Shown here: positions 51,801 through 64,000 of the stretch, piece after piece
How the letters are laid out: every line of letters begins with the position of its first letter
Numbering within the stretch: the stretch's first letter is position 1
Assembly: GCF_022045235.1 (NCBI RefSeq)
Contig: NW_027266343.1
Coordinates: 29,326,001-29,390,000, forward strand
Length of the DNA stretch: 64,000 nt
From: Haliotis cracherodii
Lineage: Eukaryota
Reading direction: 5' to 3'
Notes under the pieces: model-generated
The model's database searches: none
Seen by the model: the letters and a program-made list of their open reading frames with translations, nothing else
What the model was told of the DNA's origin: nothing
Made by a program: the position numbers and the translations under genes

Positions 51801-54601
51801 AACATGACTGGGATCCTGATTTGGCATACGACGTCCGAGTAGAGCAGGGAGAGAACCAGTCAAGCTGCTAACGTCACGTGATGCATGACAGTCTCGCGAG
51901 ATTTATGACGTCGCCTTGACGACACTTTCACTACTGGCATCGCCATTGTTGAGTTTATACTGCTGTCAAATTACAACTTATCTGCTGCTTTTTGCCTTGT
52001 CTTTGCTCATCTCCGGTTGTGCAAACCATGAGCGCATACACTCAAGGTATTTCTTTGTTTCTGAATTAGCCATGTTGGCCCATTTCCTTGTTTTCTGATT
52101 AAATTTCTTAATTAAATTTGAAGTAAGCCGAGATCTAAATCCATTGAAAAATTATTCTAGTAGGCCTAGATTTCTACCACCAACCATTCACCATTTATAT
52201 AAGATTGCATTTTTGTAGCCATTGATAACATTTCCACATCTGAGTCTGAAACATGTCCGATATATACTTTCCTTATTCTTATTCTGAAAAGAAATGTTTG
52301 TCGTTTAAATAAAGATTTTTTTCAGGTTAAATTGGGGCCATTTCATCCTTTTCAGTCTGTCGATAAAACAAATCATCTATTTTAAACGTTTCATTTGATT
52401 TATCTTTCCAATATCAAAATACTTGTCAGTTGTATCAGATTTAATTTCCAAGGCTGATAGATCTAGGCATAGTTGTTTCTCTTCAAATACATATACTAAA
52501 AACCACTGGTGTGTTAATTTTGCCTTTTCATAACATAGATATTTGTAGCCCTTCTGTAACAACAGTAAATCTAGCTCAGGGTAATATTTAACATCCCACT
52601 TTGTCAATGAGGTTGTGGTATCACAATATTATAACTTTAAGGTTAAACCGTTCCAAATAAATATACTGAAGATTATTATCAGACTCAATCATAAATATTT
52701 TGAAGCTTTCAAGGTGCTAATGTGCAAGTGACTTCAAAGAGGGCATAGACACGACAGCTAGTCCGTTAGTTCGAGACAAGTGAAAATGGAAAGGGACTAG
52801 TTGTTTGTTTTATTCCAAAATCTTGTTGCTTTAATCAAACCACTATTCTAAACTACGGAATCGTTGGATATGACCAATCTGTGGTGTCTATCCCTGCAAA
52901 GGCTTCCATCCCTATAGATAACGCTAACATCAACATAGAAACTTTCCCTTCTGTCCATCATATGCATGAGATTCACTTACGGAGAAAGTAAATATACATG
53001 TAATGTACAAATAGTAGAATTCTAAAACATAGTATAGCAGCGACACAACCACTGGTTTCATTTTGAAATGATAAAATAAGCTGCGTATTTAGATCTACGT
53101 AAAGTACGCAAAATGAGTTGCTTCCGAACAAATGGGCATGACAACAGTCAAAACCCCAAGGTTCTTCACGGTGCAGTGCGTAAATACCAAACGTAACCTT
53201 TCCACCTTGCGCACCTATTTTCCCCATAGATATTTATTTACTGATCCAATACAGGCATCACATAAAAGTGAATTCTACTGCCGTGAATAATTCACAACAG
53301 GTGCATTTGGTTTATTGTCGTTTAGACAGGTATATACAGTTGTAAACATTTATGACATGTGACATTGGGGCTGCACATGAATGTTTGAAATAACATGAAA
53401 CAATATCTTAAGCTGAATTATTGTAAAAACTTAAATTTACTCATTGGTTAAAAAATACTCAAGGGAATAAAAACATATTGAAAACCTAAAGAGAATTATC
53501 AATACCCAGGGTCAATGGTAACATGTAAGTAATTACACCATGGCTAAAACAGTATCTGAAATCCTGTGCTTTTATGAATCTTTCATAACGTTTGTGACAA
53601 TGACCAATCAATATCATAATATAGAACAAAATCATTAATAGTGTTAATATGTTCTATCAAGTATTATTCTGTGAATGTACACGCTACGACCACTTAATAC
53701 CGGAAAACAAATCAATTTCGCAATCATTATCAACACGAACACTGGACATTTAGACTAATTAAACTTTTCATGTAACATGAAATGCAAAACAATTGTACGT
53801 CAATACTTAACAAACTTGTATAACGTTCCTACCAGGGTACCGACGAATTGGCTCTAAGTATAAACGATGAGTATACGCCACACACAGTGTAGTTTACATT
53901 CACTAAGTATATTTCCGCATACAGGTACTGACCGCTGAGAAAACCTTTCCTTCATATACAATATATAGGTTGATGTAATGACTCTCTCCTGTGAGAAAAG
54001 GGCGCAATATTAATGCGTCTGGGAAAACGCTGTATATCTTAATAATTCTGTTGCTAACACTTATTTTGCTAACGGCAAATGTCATAAGGACAACCCATGA
54101 AGATCCAGGTTAGAAAGGTCTTCAGCAAACCATGCTTGTCGTAAGAAGCGACTAACAGGATCAGGTATCATCGTATCCCAATTGCGTGGATAGATGCTCA
54201 TGATGTAAATCACTGGATTGCCTGGTCCAGACTCGATTATTTGCAAACCGCCGTCATATAGCTGGAATATTGCTGAGTGCGGCGTTGAAACAACAAACAA
54301 ACACACCATTAGGACCTTTTCATGATTTGAGCAAATTTAGATTGAATGTACTTCCATAGCATCACCAAACTACAGACACACCCTTACAACATTTTGGATG
54401 ACAATCAGTCAATTTCCTAGAAAATGTACCTATCGGAAACCCTGGCTTATATACTTGCCTATTCTGAACTGATCTGATGACAGTGATCGAATGGATCATC
54501 AGGACCACTATACATTTGTCTTAAAGTAGTTTATATACTGTCCAAGTTGATCCTGTTGCATTTATTCCCATTTAACGCTCTCATTCTTTCTTTCCTGACA
54601 G

Positions 54602-55135
54602 CTCTTGACCTCGTGATCAGGTTCCCTTTGAACTTTGACATCTGGGCCCCTCCTCGCCAAGTGGGTGTCTTAGGGAATCAGTAATTTACTGTTATTGTAA
54701 TGAATTACTAACACGTGGTAGCAAAACATATACTGCTGATTTGGAAAGTTCATGAATATTATTAACCACGTATCATTTTCACTCACGTCCTTATAACATC
54801 CTAATTATCCCCTTATTGATCCATTTCCAACAACTACCCTCTTCTTCCTGTACTCCTATCTTCTGTCTCTCTCTACATGTCCTTCTCTCCCTCCCTGTCA
54901 GCGTCCTACTGGGAGGTACATGACCATCCTTGAACCCCTGTCAGAACTTCCCGTCCCTTCCACCTCTATTCCCGACCCTGCCCCTCTCTCTGCCTCCGTC
55001 CTCCCTGATGCCCCTCACTTCGTCGATATCAACCTGGATGATGACGACACCCCGACCCAGTCCCCAGTTCGACTCTTCCTGTCACGTGTGTCTGGATTCT
55101 TGAGGAGAGTGTTCCGTGTCAAGATGGACGCTTAA
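54602..55135 (+). CDS. Putative small orphan gene, copy E (exons 54602-54660 and 54902-55135)
   Basis: Same splice sites; the stop is TAA instead of TAG at the same position. Confidence 0.5.
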
Positions 55136-55937
55136 AGTGACATCTCACTACCTCTTGGAACTTGTGTTAATAATTACCTTGGACCTTAAGAATACTTTTA
55201 AAAAATAAATGCAATAGTGTTCTCTATATTTTGGACCTTTCGGACTTTTTTAATCATTTTTGATCATTTAGGGCAATTTTGCTATTTTTGGACCCCGGAA
55301 TAAATACTTTTTTAAGTACTAAACCTTCAGTGTTTTTGGACTTTTTAGATACTTGGGCCATTTTGGATTACTTATAGAAATACGTTATGTGCTTTTGGCT
55401 CTTTCAGACACTTTTGGCTTTACACTTTCAAGATTGGACTTCATTAAATCATTATGATTCAATATTTATTGTTGTTTTGTTTTTTCCATTTAGCCGTTTT
55501 TCCTTTAGTTATGTTGTTGCATGCAATCTCCTTGGTTTGTCAGCCCCTTATACCCGTGTGCTTGTGGGTTTCACCAACTGTTGGCAGTATTTGAGGGCTT
55601 TTATGTATGTTAACCGCATTCAGCAGTATTTCAGCTACAGGGAGTCTATTGACTGCTATCTGGGTACGATGACAAGCGGTCATCCGAGACACTGACAACC
55701 TGGTCCATGAACTGCACAGGGACCAGTTCTAACCCGGAAACACAAAGGGTCAGCAAGGTACTCACCTTGAGTATCCAAGATACGTTCAATTAGTAATTCT
55801 CTACGACTGCACTTACGATTTGTTAATATATTTCGAATCTTAATTATTTTTCTCTTAGCGGAACCAAATGCAGAAAAGGAACGGAAATGGTGTGGTTTTG
55901 CTATTTCATAAAAACAGAAAATAGCAAGGCAAAAATA

Positions 55938-56800
55938 ATCCCTCCCACCTCTATCCCTGCCTCCGTCCTCCGTGACGCCCCTCACTTCTTCGATATCAAC
56001 CTGGATGATGATGACACCACGACCCAGACCCAGTGGGAGTCACGTGTGTCTGGATTCTTCAGGAGAGTGTTCTGTGTCAAGATTGACGCTTGGAGTGACA
56101 TCTTGCTACCTCTTAGAACTTGTGTTAATAATTACCTTGGACCTTTAGAATACTTTTGAAAAACAAATATGTGTTCTCTACATTTTGGACCTTTCGGACA
56201 TTCTGAAAATATTTGCACAATTTCATCATTTTGATATTTTGGACCTTGCAATGAATACGTTTTAAAAATCTAAACTTTTTATGTATGGGAAATACTTGAT
56301 ATATAAATAAACAAAGATAGATTGTGCTTTTGACCTTTATGAAAATTTGTTTACATTTTGGCCATTTCGGACAAACTTTCAACTTAATTATTCAAAAATT
56401 AGTTATAACCATTAAAGATTGGCTTGATTTTCTAGCTCCATGTTTTTGTTGTGATATTACACACAAGCTTAGTTAATAATGACCCATTTGAGATCAAGTC
56501 ATTTACCCTACTTCAATGCCAGACTTGTTCTGGATCCTTGAGGAGTGTTTCCTGTCAAGATAGATGCTTGGAGTGACATCTTGGTACTTCTCGGAAGTTG
56601 CGTCATATAATGACCACATTGAATCATTAGAATACATTTAAATACAAAATAGTAATACTTTGTGCTATAGGCATTTTGGACCCTTTCGAACATTTGCGGT
56701 TTTCACTTTTCACAAATGAACGTCATTTATACATTTTGACGTTTTAACGTTTGTCTTTACTTGATTAAATTGATTACCAACCAGTATTAATTATTAAAGA
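55938..56800 (+). pseudogene. Two older truncated copies of the orphan gene's last exon and 3' region (~55938-56420 and ~56520-56800)
   Basis: PPTSIPASVLRDAPHFFDINLDDDD...SRVSGFFRRVFCVKIDA with the stop changed to TGG. The second copy reads ggatccttgaggagtgtttcctgtcaagatagatgcttggagtgacatc. Confidence 0.75.
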
Positions 56801-56814
56801 TTTCTAGAACCTTG

Positions 56815-57820
56815 TTTTTATCGCCCACGACTTATAATGACGGAGGGGGGAAGAAAATATAGCCATCAGTATGTCTGTCTGTCTGTCCGTCCGTCTGTAA
56901 TCATTGTTTGTCCGGAGCATATTTCCTAAACCATACAACCTAGCTTCACAAAACTTGGTACACTTACCAATCAGGCTCAGTAGTAGTAGTTAGCTATTTA
57001 GAGATTTTTCCAATTTTATATTTTTGTCGTTTCCATGGAAATATGATGAACTTAGGAAATTTGAGGGTACTGCTCTTGTCCAGAGCATATTTTCTAAACC
57101 GTACAACCTAGCTTTGCGAAACTTGGTACACTTAACAATCAGGCCCAGTTGAAGTGCCTTTTGCTATTTAGGGATTTTTAGAATTTTATATTTTTGTCGT
57201 TTCCATGGAAATATGATGAACTTAGGAAATTTGAGGGTACTGCTCTTGTCTTGACCATTTCTCCTGAACCATACAGCTTAGCTTCTCAAAAGTTTTTACA
57301 CCTATCAAGCAGGTTATGTAGTGGTGACTTTGCTATTAACAGATGTCTTCTTTTTTTCAATTCAAATTGAAAATTGATATTGCATATCTTCTAAACCATG
57401 CGACAGAGTTTCACCAAACTTTATGCACATATCAATCATGTTCACTAGTAGTGCAGTTTGTTATTTATAGATTTTAATCTTTTTAATTTGTAGCCCCTGA
57501 CATATAATTCTAAGGTGATACTATTTACTGATATCATGATTCATATACTATATATGATGTGAGCTACATAACCTAGTACATTCTCTTTATGCCTTTGTGT
57601 CATGAGGCTACCACAGAGCTATTCATATGCAAATCTGCGAAGTTATTGTTATTACAATTTCCTGAGATCATCAGAAAGTGAGCTACATGAACCAATATTT
57701 AATAACCTTCATTATATTTCTGGTTTTGGCATCAAGGAAAAGATTTCCTTGCCAATCTAAATACATTTGAAGGTACACACAGTTTACCGACATGCCATGT
57801 CGGGGGGATATGTCATCTTC
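56815..57820. mobile_element. HINE/DINE-like non-autonomous element with ~170-bp internal repeats, opposite orientation to the one at 10971
   Basis: T-rich start, (gtct/gtcc)n microsatellite, cores ttgtcc(g/a)gagcatattt at ~56909, 57076 and 57246, and an end gggggatatgtcatcttcggatg. Confidence 0.7.
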
Positions 57821-59679
57821 GGATGTCATTTTGGGCATCTCTCTAAACCAGTGTGATACTGATCAGGTCCTATAGGCCCAGAGCAATCTTATAACTCCAA
57901 CCCTTTAACTTTAACTTACAATACTTGTGGAGGCAATCTTTTGCACCTGTTTTCAAGTCCCCTAATATGGATCAATCTCAGATTGGCTCTATCCTAGTAC
58001 TGCTGAATAATTTTGTTTTGATAAAATTGTACAGAAATGACAACCATGATTAAAAGACCATCCCTACGTAGTGAGTTTTATCACGCTTTGAACAGTATGT
58101 TCAGTTATGGCGATTTGGATGTGGGAGAGGACATGACAAACTGTGCCACCTTGCACAACCGGAATGCAGTGCCGGTGTAGTTAGTCCTTTGTCCTGAGTA
58201 ACTAGAACCCAGTTTCTGTCAGAAATTAAGTTGGAGGCAGAAGGATTTTTGTGTGTACTGCAGTCTTTTTCACTAAATACACATGACTTTCAGCTGGGAT
58301 TGTTATACAAATGTACTTGTTAATGCACTTTGATTATGGAGGAACCTATATTTAGGTCCATGGATCAGCAAACCATTTTTGTGCAAGTAATTAACATTAC
58401 ACAAGTGATTTATTATTGCAGTATTTCCAAGTTGTCTGTTCCATCAAGTTTTACAAGGATCTCTGTTCAGTTGGAGTAAATAGAAGTACAAAACACAATG
58501 ACTTGAGAAGATATATTTCACGTTGTTCTATGAAACATGATATAATATGAGGTGATGAATGGAAAATATCACAGACTCTATGGACGGGTTGCACAAATTG
58601 TATGGATGTAATGATAGTTTTTCTCTAATAACAGGAAGAAACAATCATAAATACTGGTGACATTTCTTATATCTATCTTACGTTAAAGGATCATGTTTAA
58701 AAAACTGCAAACCATTGGAAAGTTTGTACTGTCCTCCTTAAACAATAAAGTTGCTGGATGAATTTTCCACATGTAAAGTACTGATAGGATGTACAAAAGT
58801 TAGCAGATTTTTTAGGTAAAAGAATTTGTATCGTGAGGAAAACATACATAATTACTTGACCAAAACTCACTTAATTCAGCATTTAGAAATGTATGTACAT
58901 GCTGTATTATCATAATTCAGGGGTTTGACATAGTTTAATCCAGCTAGTCCACAATTTTGGATCAGTTGTATATGTAACATTATCAGATCATTTTCTCCGA
59001 TTCAAAGTTTGAACGTACAAAAAGAAGTATGCATTAGTTTTTGAGCCAATCAAATATCAGATTTCTAAAATGTTTTGGCCTTATTTCAGTCTTAATGTCA
59101 ACACATTCCATTGTCAGTTGCAGTTTCTCTATGGTACATTACCACCTGCCCTTGATTTGGTAATACTGAACAAAAGAAAACCTTTACAAAAAACAGGAAA
59201 GCTCCCTCAGTAGTATACCCAAGTGCATGTAGAAGCCACTGATGCTCAGTGTGTAAAATATCTAAATATATAATGTGGAAATTATTATTCTCGAATTTGA
59301 AACTGCACTTTACATTTGTTTTCAAGATCCTGTTTTCTGCCCTAAATGCTTTGCTCGCTTTGAGAATTTAGGCATCTCCATGCTGAATAACTGATGAGAA
59401 AATGTCAGATTTGAGGAAAATTACTACATTTGGGTAAATATGTATTAATCCTCTTTAGATTTTGTTAATATCATATCAGCAGACAAGTGGTTGTGTTGAA
59501 CAGTGTATAAACTATTTGTTCAACTCTTAAATTGTAATAGTCTAAGTCATGATTGCCGTCTACAATTACAACAAATTTCAAGAATTATTCCGTAAAATAG
59601 GAGAAGTAAAAAACAATGTTATCTTGTAATACATTCAAGATATCACTTACAATTTTGACCTGTTAACACTATACAGCTC

Positions 59680-59809
59680 CTAATCAGCTGAAGTGCTTAT
59701 GAGATTATTTAGCTGATCATTCTCTCGTGGTAGTTGTGTAGTAAGTTCGTCCCCAAGTTTCCAGATCTTGATGTAGCCAAGTCCATCACCAGTTGCCAGG
59801 AGATGGCGC
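59680..59809 (-). CDS. WDR34: WD repeat protein 34 (dynein-2 intermediate chain 2), last coding exon
   Basis: Acceptor at 59810-59811; encodes (Q)RHLLATGDGLGYIKIWKLGDELTTQLPRENDQLNNLISTSAD*. Phase matches the upstream exon. Confidence 0.88.
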
Positions 59810-60508
59810 CTATGATCAAACAAAACTTACATTTTTTAAAATAATACAAAATAGTGCTCAAATGATACACCAAAGTCACCACATGACACATAATGCAATA
59901 CATCGTAAAAAACACTATTTTTGTCTAAAAGTGCTTACAATAACAAACAATCAATACATGATCCAACTGAATGATTGGACTTAATATGATATCTGATAAA
60001 GGTCACATGCCAATCAATACCAATTTGAAAACTCTGATTCTAAGATAATAAAAACAATTAATGAAACGACATGTAATGATACAGACGGAGGTGTAGAACT
60101 AAGATATGGTCTTCGCTGGTGAATCATTTCAGCCTGTGTTGGTTAGCACTTAACTTAAAATTAGCCTGTGCCAAACAATAACAAAGTTATTTCAGGTTTT
60201 GGTCACTTAAGATGGTATTTAGCCAAAGGGTGTCATCTGTACTATTTTCTGATAAAACTGGCACAACTTAAAATTTATGAATCTATTGGAAATCCTTTTT
60301 TCTTAGGCAGGAGGCTTATAGTGTTTAAACACAGAAGTATATGACTAAGTGTATGAAACCACAGTACAGTAGCAGTGACAAACTAATTGTTCATTATTTG
60401 ACATTATGCACAAACTTATTTGCATAAATTCAACTTACTGGCAACAGTTGCTTAACTGACAAAACCAGACAAATGAAGTTAAGTTTCAGGCTATGGACAA
60501 GTACTTAC

Positions 60509-60717
60509 TGGTGAGCATTGAACTGTAAGCTGTACACAGATGCCTTCTTCATCCCTGCCTCCAGTTTCTGCAGCGGAGCTAGATGACCCTCTCGCAGGTC
60601 GTACACTAGCAGGCTGCCATTCTCACTGACAGTTGCCAGCACTGTTGGCCGGACAGGTGACCACTTGGCCCCAAATAGGTAGCCATCACCTGGTTCTATT
60701 GTGAGGATTGGCTGGTC
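60509..60717 (-). CDS. WDR34: WDR34/DYNC2I2 penultimate exon
   Basis: DQPILTIEPGDGYLFGAKWSPVRPTVLA...VYSLQFNAH with canonical AG/GT sites. Confidence 0.9.
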
Positions 60718-61562
60718 CTGAAACAAGACAAATTTTGAAATTTTGAAATACTTTACAAATCAAAGTCAATCTTTTCAACTAATATAGTGAAAAAGTAAAT
60801 CTGAACATACTTGCACATTTTTCTTGTGGCTTAGCACATATAAATTTTTAAAAAGTGTGTTAAAGACAAATTACAGTGAGGAATATTTATAATATCTTCA
60901 TATAAAGTATTGTGTGGTTTAATAAACAGCCTTTCTGTGATACAAAACACTGTTATTGGACATAGGGGTCAATGTATTGTCTGACAATTCAAAGCACAGT
61001 CATTTTACAGCTTTTCAACTTTGATTTGAATGATCCAGATGCACTAAAATCTGCAGCTCCACGATTTTCTGCGAATTTTAGTGAACATAAAATTGTTAAA
61101 TTCTGATAAACCCCCTATAAACACCCCCAAATTATGGACCACGCTCCATTGAAAAGACATTTCAGCTGAAAAGGAAAATATCCATTCGCATCTCTGTTAA
61201 TGGTCCTTTATTATAGTAATTTACTAAGTACATAAGTTACCATCAAATAAGTGGAAAATGAATATGGATTGTGATGTCACGGATCTATACATATATGCTT
61301 ACATTTTAGGGTTCCAGATTCTAAAAGGAAGTACACATGCTATATAAATGTCTACCATTAAATCTTGTACATTTCAGGATGAAGATATCAGGATCTGTAA
61401 AAGGACCAATGATGAGCAGAAAGCAGGTGCCTGGGGATGAACCTACATAGACAGTTGTCTGATATGGTTCTGATTTTCAATTTCAAATAAGTGTATGATT
61501 CAAAATAAAACTTCTCAACCCTGTGTAACAGGTTTTCCTGTGTTTGAAAAACCCATCAATTA

Positions 61563-61684
61563 GGAGATAAACCTACTGTGTTTTGAAATTTGATGTAGTC
61601 CAACTGTAGAGTAGATACCTCTTTATTTTAATTTTGAACCGAGCGGGACTACATCAAATTTCAAAATACAGGAGGTTTATCTCC
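61563..61684. repeat. Inverted repeat with 39-bp arms (37/39 identical) and a 44-bp spacer, in a WDR34 intron
   Basis: GGAGATAAACCTACTGTGTTTTGAAATTTGATGTAGTCC versus the reverse complement of 61646-61684. Confidence 0.9.
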
Positions 61685-63138
61685 ATTCTACCATGACGGC
61701 AACAACGCTTTGAAAATGGTGCTCTCTTGCAACGCGTAACAACACAGGTGCACATACCTGCAATCTTAGAACATTCCGAAAAGTGGTCACAGGTAGTTAG
61801 TTATATATGTAACAATTATTACTAAAGTTCAAGATTAAAACACCATAGTTGTGAGTAGTTCATAATAAGTGTTCAAAACACATAGTTTTTCAAAAGAAGT
61901 TGACAAATACCACTCCAAACTTAGTCCAAAGAGAGAGATGTTTTAATTTCTACCAAACTGTTGTACACTGTGAACTGACTGTCATTTCTCAGAATTTTGC
62001 AGAGAGGTCATTTCTTGGAAATCGAACATGCTATCATTTCTATTGTAGGGGTGATGGGTTATTAGAAAAAGGGTTTAAAATGCTAAACGAATATATTTCT
62101 ACAAAAAACTTTATGAATTAGCATTCTATTATACATTTGACGTGTGTAAGTGTTATTAGTTAGTTAGCAATCACACCCAGTAAACAATAATAAAATCAAA
62201 ATAAATGCCTCTCCACCCTGAACTTGGGTGTGGCTGAACTTGACCTACATCACGGTTACTTACACCTCACAGCTGTCAATGGCTGACAATCTTGTGTTTA
62301 CATTCTCCGTAACGAGTTATAGAATGAAGCAACATGACAACCCCAATCTATGATGTGCAACTTTAACATGTAGATTATCTGGGATTGATCGAGTCTGCTG
62401 GTACATCCATATGACTACCAATGAGACTGAGTATGACTGAACAGCTGCTTTTTAGGCTGCAGACGAGCCGGATATTTTGAAACGAGGAATCTGCATGGTG
62501 TGACCTGTCAATTTCAAGATTTCACAGATCCAAAGCCAAATTGTGACAGAACTTAGACATTTGTGTCCCAGAAATAGTGGATCGTGTATGATTTTCTTAA
62601 TTGTGCGTGTTCTGAAATGAACTTCATCAAGTTTTAATAAGCTGTCACTTCAGCTGGGACATTGTTTTCGTGGACTTTCGAAGGGGAGTGTTTTCTGATG
62701 GACTTTCAACTCCACTCCTGTTAAATTCTAACGGTGGTGGTTGACGGAGATGGCAAGGAATATGGATCAGAAAAAGGGTTGTAAACAACATGTTGTAATG
62801 AATAAAGTTTTTTCAAACAATTTTTATGATGTTATATTTTACTTTCATTGTCGGTTGTTTCAATGAGGAAATAGCTTAAATTGTTCCGATTCTGGTCACC
62901 ATAGAACATTTCTCTAACAGTTTCTTAAACATTTCATTTGTATGCATTTGCCTAAGCTGGTATATCTGCAATCTAAATATTTTATTGCTCATATAAATGC
63001 AATATTTAATAATACGAGCAAAGACCATTCATTCGCATCTTTCGCATTTAATTCACGCTTGCGTTAATTTCAAGATTTACAGTATGCATTGTATCGCTAC
63101 AAAGATATGATAGGTATGATGACATCCCTACTCTGTAC

Positions 63139-63296
63139 CTGAAGCATGTTGTACAGTCGGAGACATTGGTCCATGCCTGAGCTGAGGAAGGCATGTCTGT
63201 GATATGGGGAACAATCCACGGAGTACACAGGGCCATGGTGAGGGTTGAAGGTAAAGGTGACAGGAGATCGCAAAGGCACAGAAGAGATCACGTGAC
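63139..63296 (-). CDS. WDR34: WDR34/DYNC2I2 exon
   Basis: [52 protein letters not shown] with canonical splice sites. Confidence 0.9.
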
Positions 63297-63795
63297 CTGC
63301 CAGAAATATTTGACATTAAGGAGTAATTAGTATGTACATAATAAATGATGAAATCAGTATAATATTATTATCACATAATGTGTCTATAAGGTCACTTTCA
63401 AGAGACACCAAACGTGTTGACAGCTATTCAAGGTAATGTCTCAACACAAATGTTTTTAGAGCTGTGTGAATCTTGGGCAAATTGAACAAGAGTAATGAAC
63501 AAGTTTAGGGTATATTATAATATTGCATACTTTAACTGTTAACAGTATAAAACAGGGAAATTATTGATTAACTAAGTGGGAAATTAAGTCTTGGGCTTTC
63601 TGAGTGGAATGCAAACAAATTACCTTTGAACTACCTAGGATGGCAATTCATTGCTGTGATCACAATTAACATTCATTTCATTTTCATTACATGAGTAAAA
63701 TTCAAGGGAAATAAAGCATGAAATTCATGGGTTGTCGATTCAAATAGCTCCTCAATTTCGAACAGTGCATAGTATTAGTTCAGGTAATATCTCAC

Positions 63796-63977
63796 TTCCA
63801 GCAGGGTTTCCCTGTGCGTGCATGGAACATTTGAACACACAACCACTTTCGGAACCAATGATGAACATGTCCTTGTCCTCCGCATTGTATGACAGACACG
63901 TCACTCCAATCTCCTTGTCGGCTCTCACAGACCGGGTCTTCATACTCCGGGGCAAACTCTGGGCCATTAACACAAAT
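63796..63977 (-). CDS. WDR34: WDR34/DYNC2I2 exon (gene continues beyond the window)
   Basis: FVLMAQSLPRS...EIGVTCLSYNAEDKDMFIIGSESGCVFKCSM; acceptor at 63978-63979 and donor A|GTGAG; phases are consistent. Confidence 0.88.
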
Positions 63978-64000
63978 CTGTTGGATGTAAAAAATAGCAG

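Larger units (their letters stand above)
1..56800. repeat. Tandem macro-repeat array of a composite ~8.5-9.3 kb unit (5 full units plus partial and degenerate tail copies)
   Basis: The marker t(c/t)attaaa(t/c).att.. recurs at 1, 15713, 28836, 37371, 46167 and 55441. The 71-aa ORF recurs at 15172, 28310, 36849, 45645 and 54920. Units A and B are longer because of large TE insertions, and units differ by many SNPs and indels. Confidence 0.97.

Noticed and set aside
1-55440. Array as a rolling-circle Helitron concatemer or an assembly artefact
   Set aside because: No Rep/Hel remnants or TC...CTRR-with-hairpin junction were found. Units carry many private SNPs, indels and insertions, so they are not artefactual copies.
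59709-59915. 68-aa minus-strand ORF as a WDR34 exon
   Set aside because: Wrong frame; the real exon is 59680-59809 in the frame set by the upstream splice phase.

Overview
Eukaryotic, intron-rich animal DNA; the SINE families suggest a mollusc, probably a gastropod such as abalone (inference from recall). Positions 1 to ~56,800 form a head-to-tail array of a composite ~8.5-9.3 kb unit: five complete units (A 1-15712, B 15713-28835, C 28836-37370, D 37371-46166, E 46167-55440), a short sixth start and two older degenerate tail copies, and the array continues off the left edge. Every unit carries an intact 71-codon ORF that looks like the last exon of a small spliced orphan gene, embedded in SINEs, a Harbinger-type MITE and decayed coding remnants. 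Unit A holds an AcademH-type transposon (DUF6589-like transposase plus RecQ-like helicase, 12-bp TIRs, 9-bp TSD) inserted at the end of a truncated SWIM-finger element. Unit B holds a four-level nest: SINE > Harbinger MITE > Penelope-like element with a minimal hammerhead ribozyme > two-gene Harbinger. The right end has the last four exons of WDR34/DYNC2I2 on the minus strand. Family names come from recalled motifs; no searches were run.
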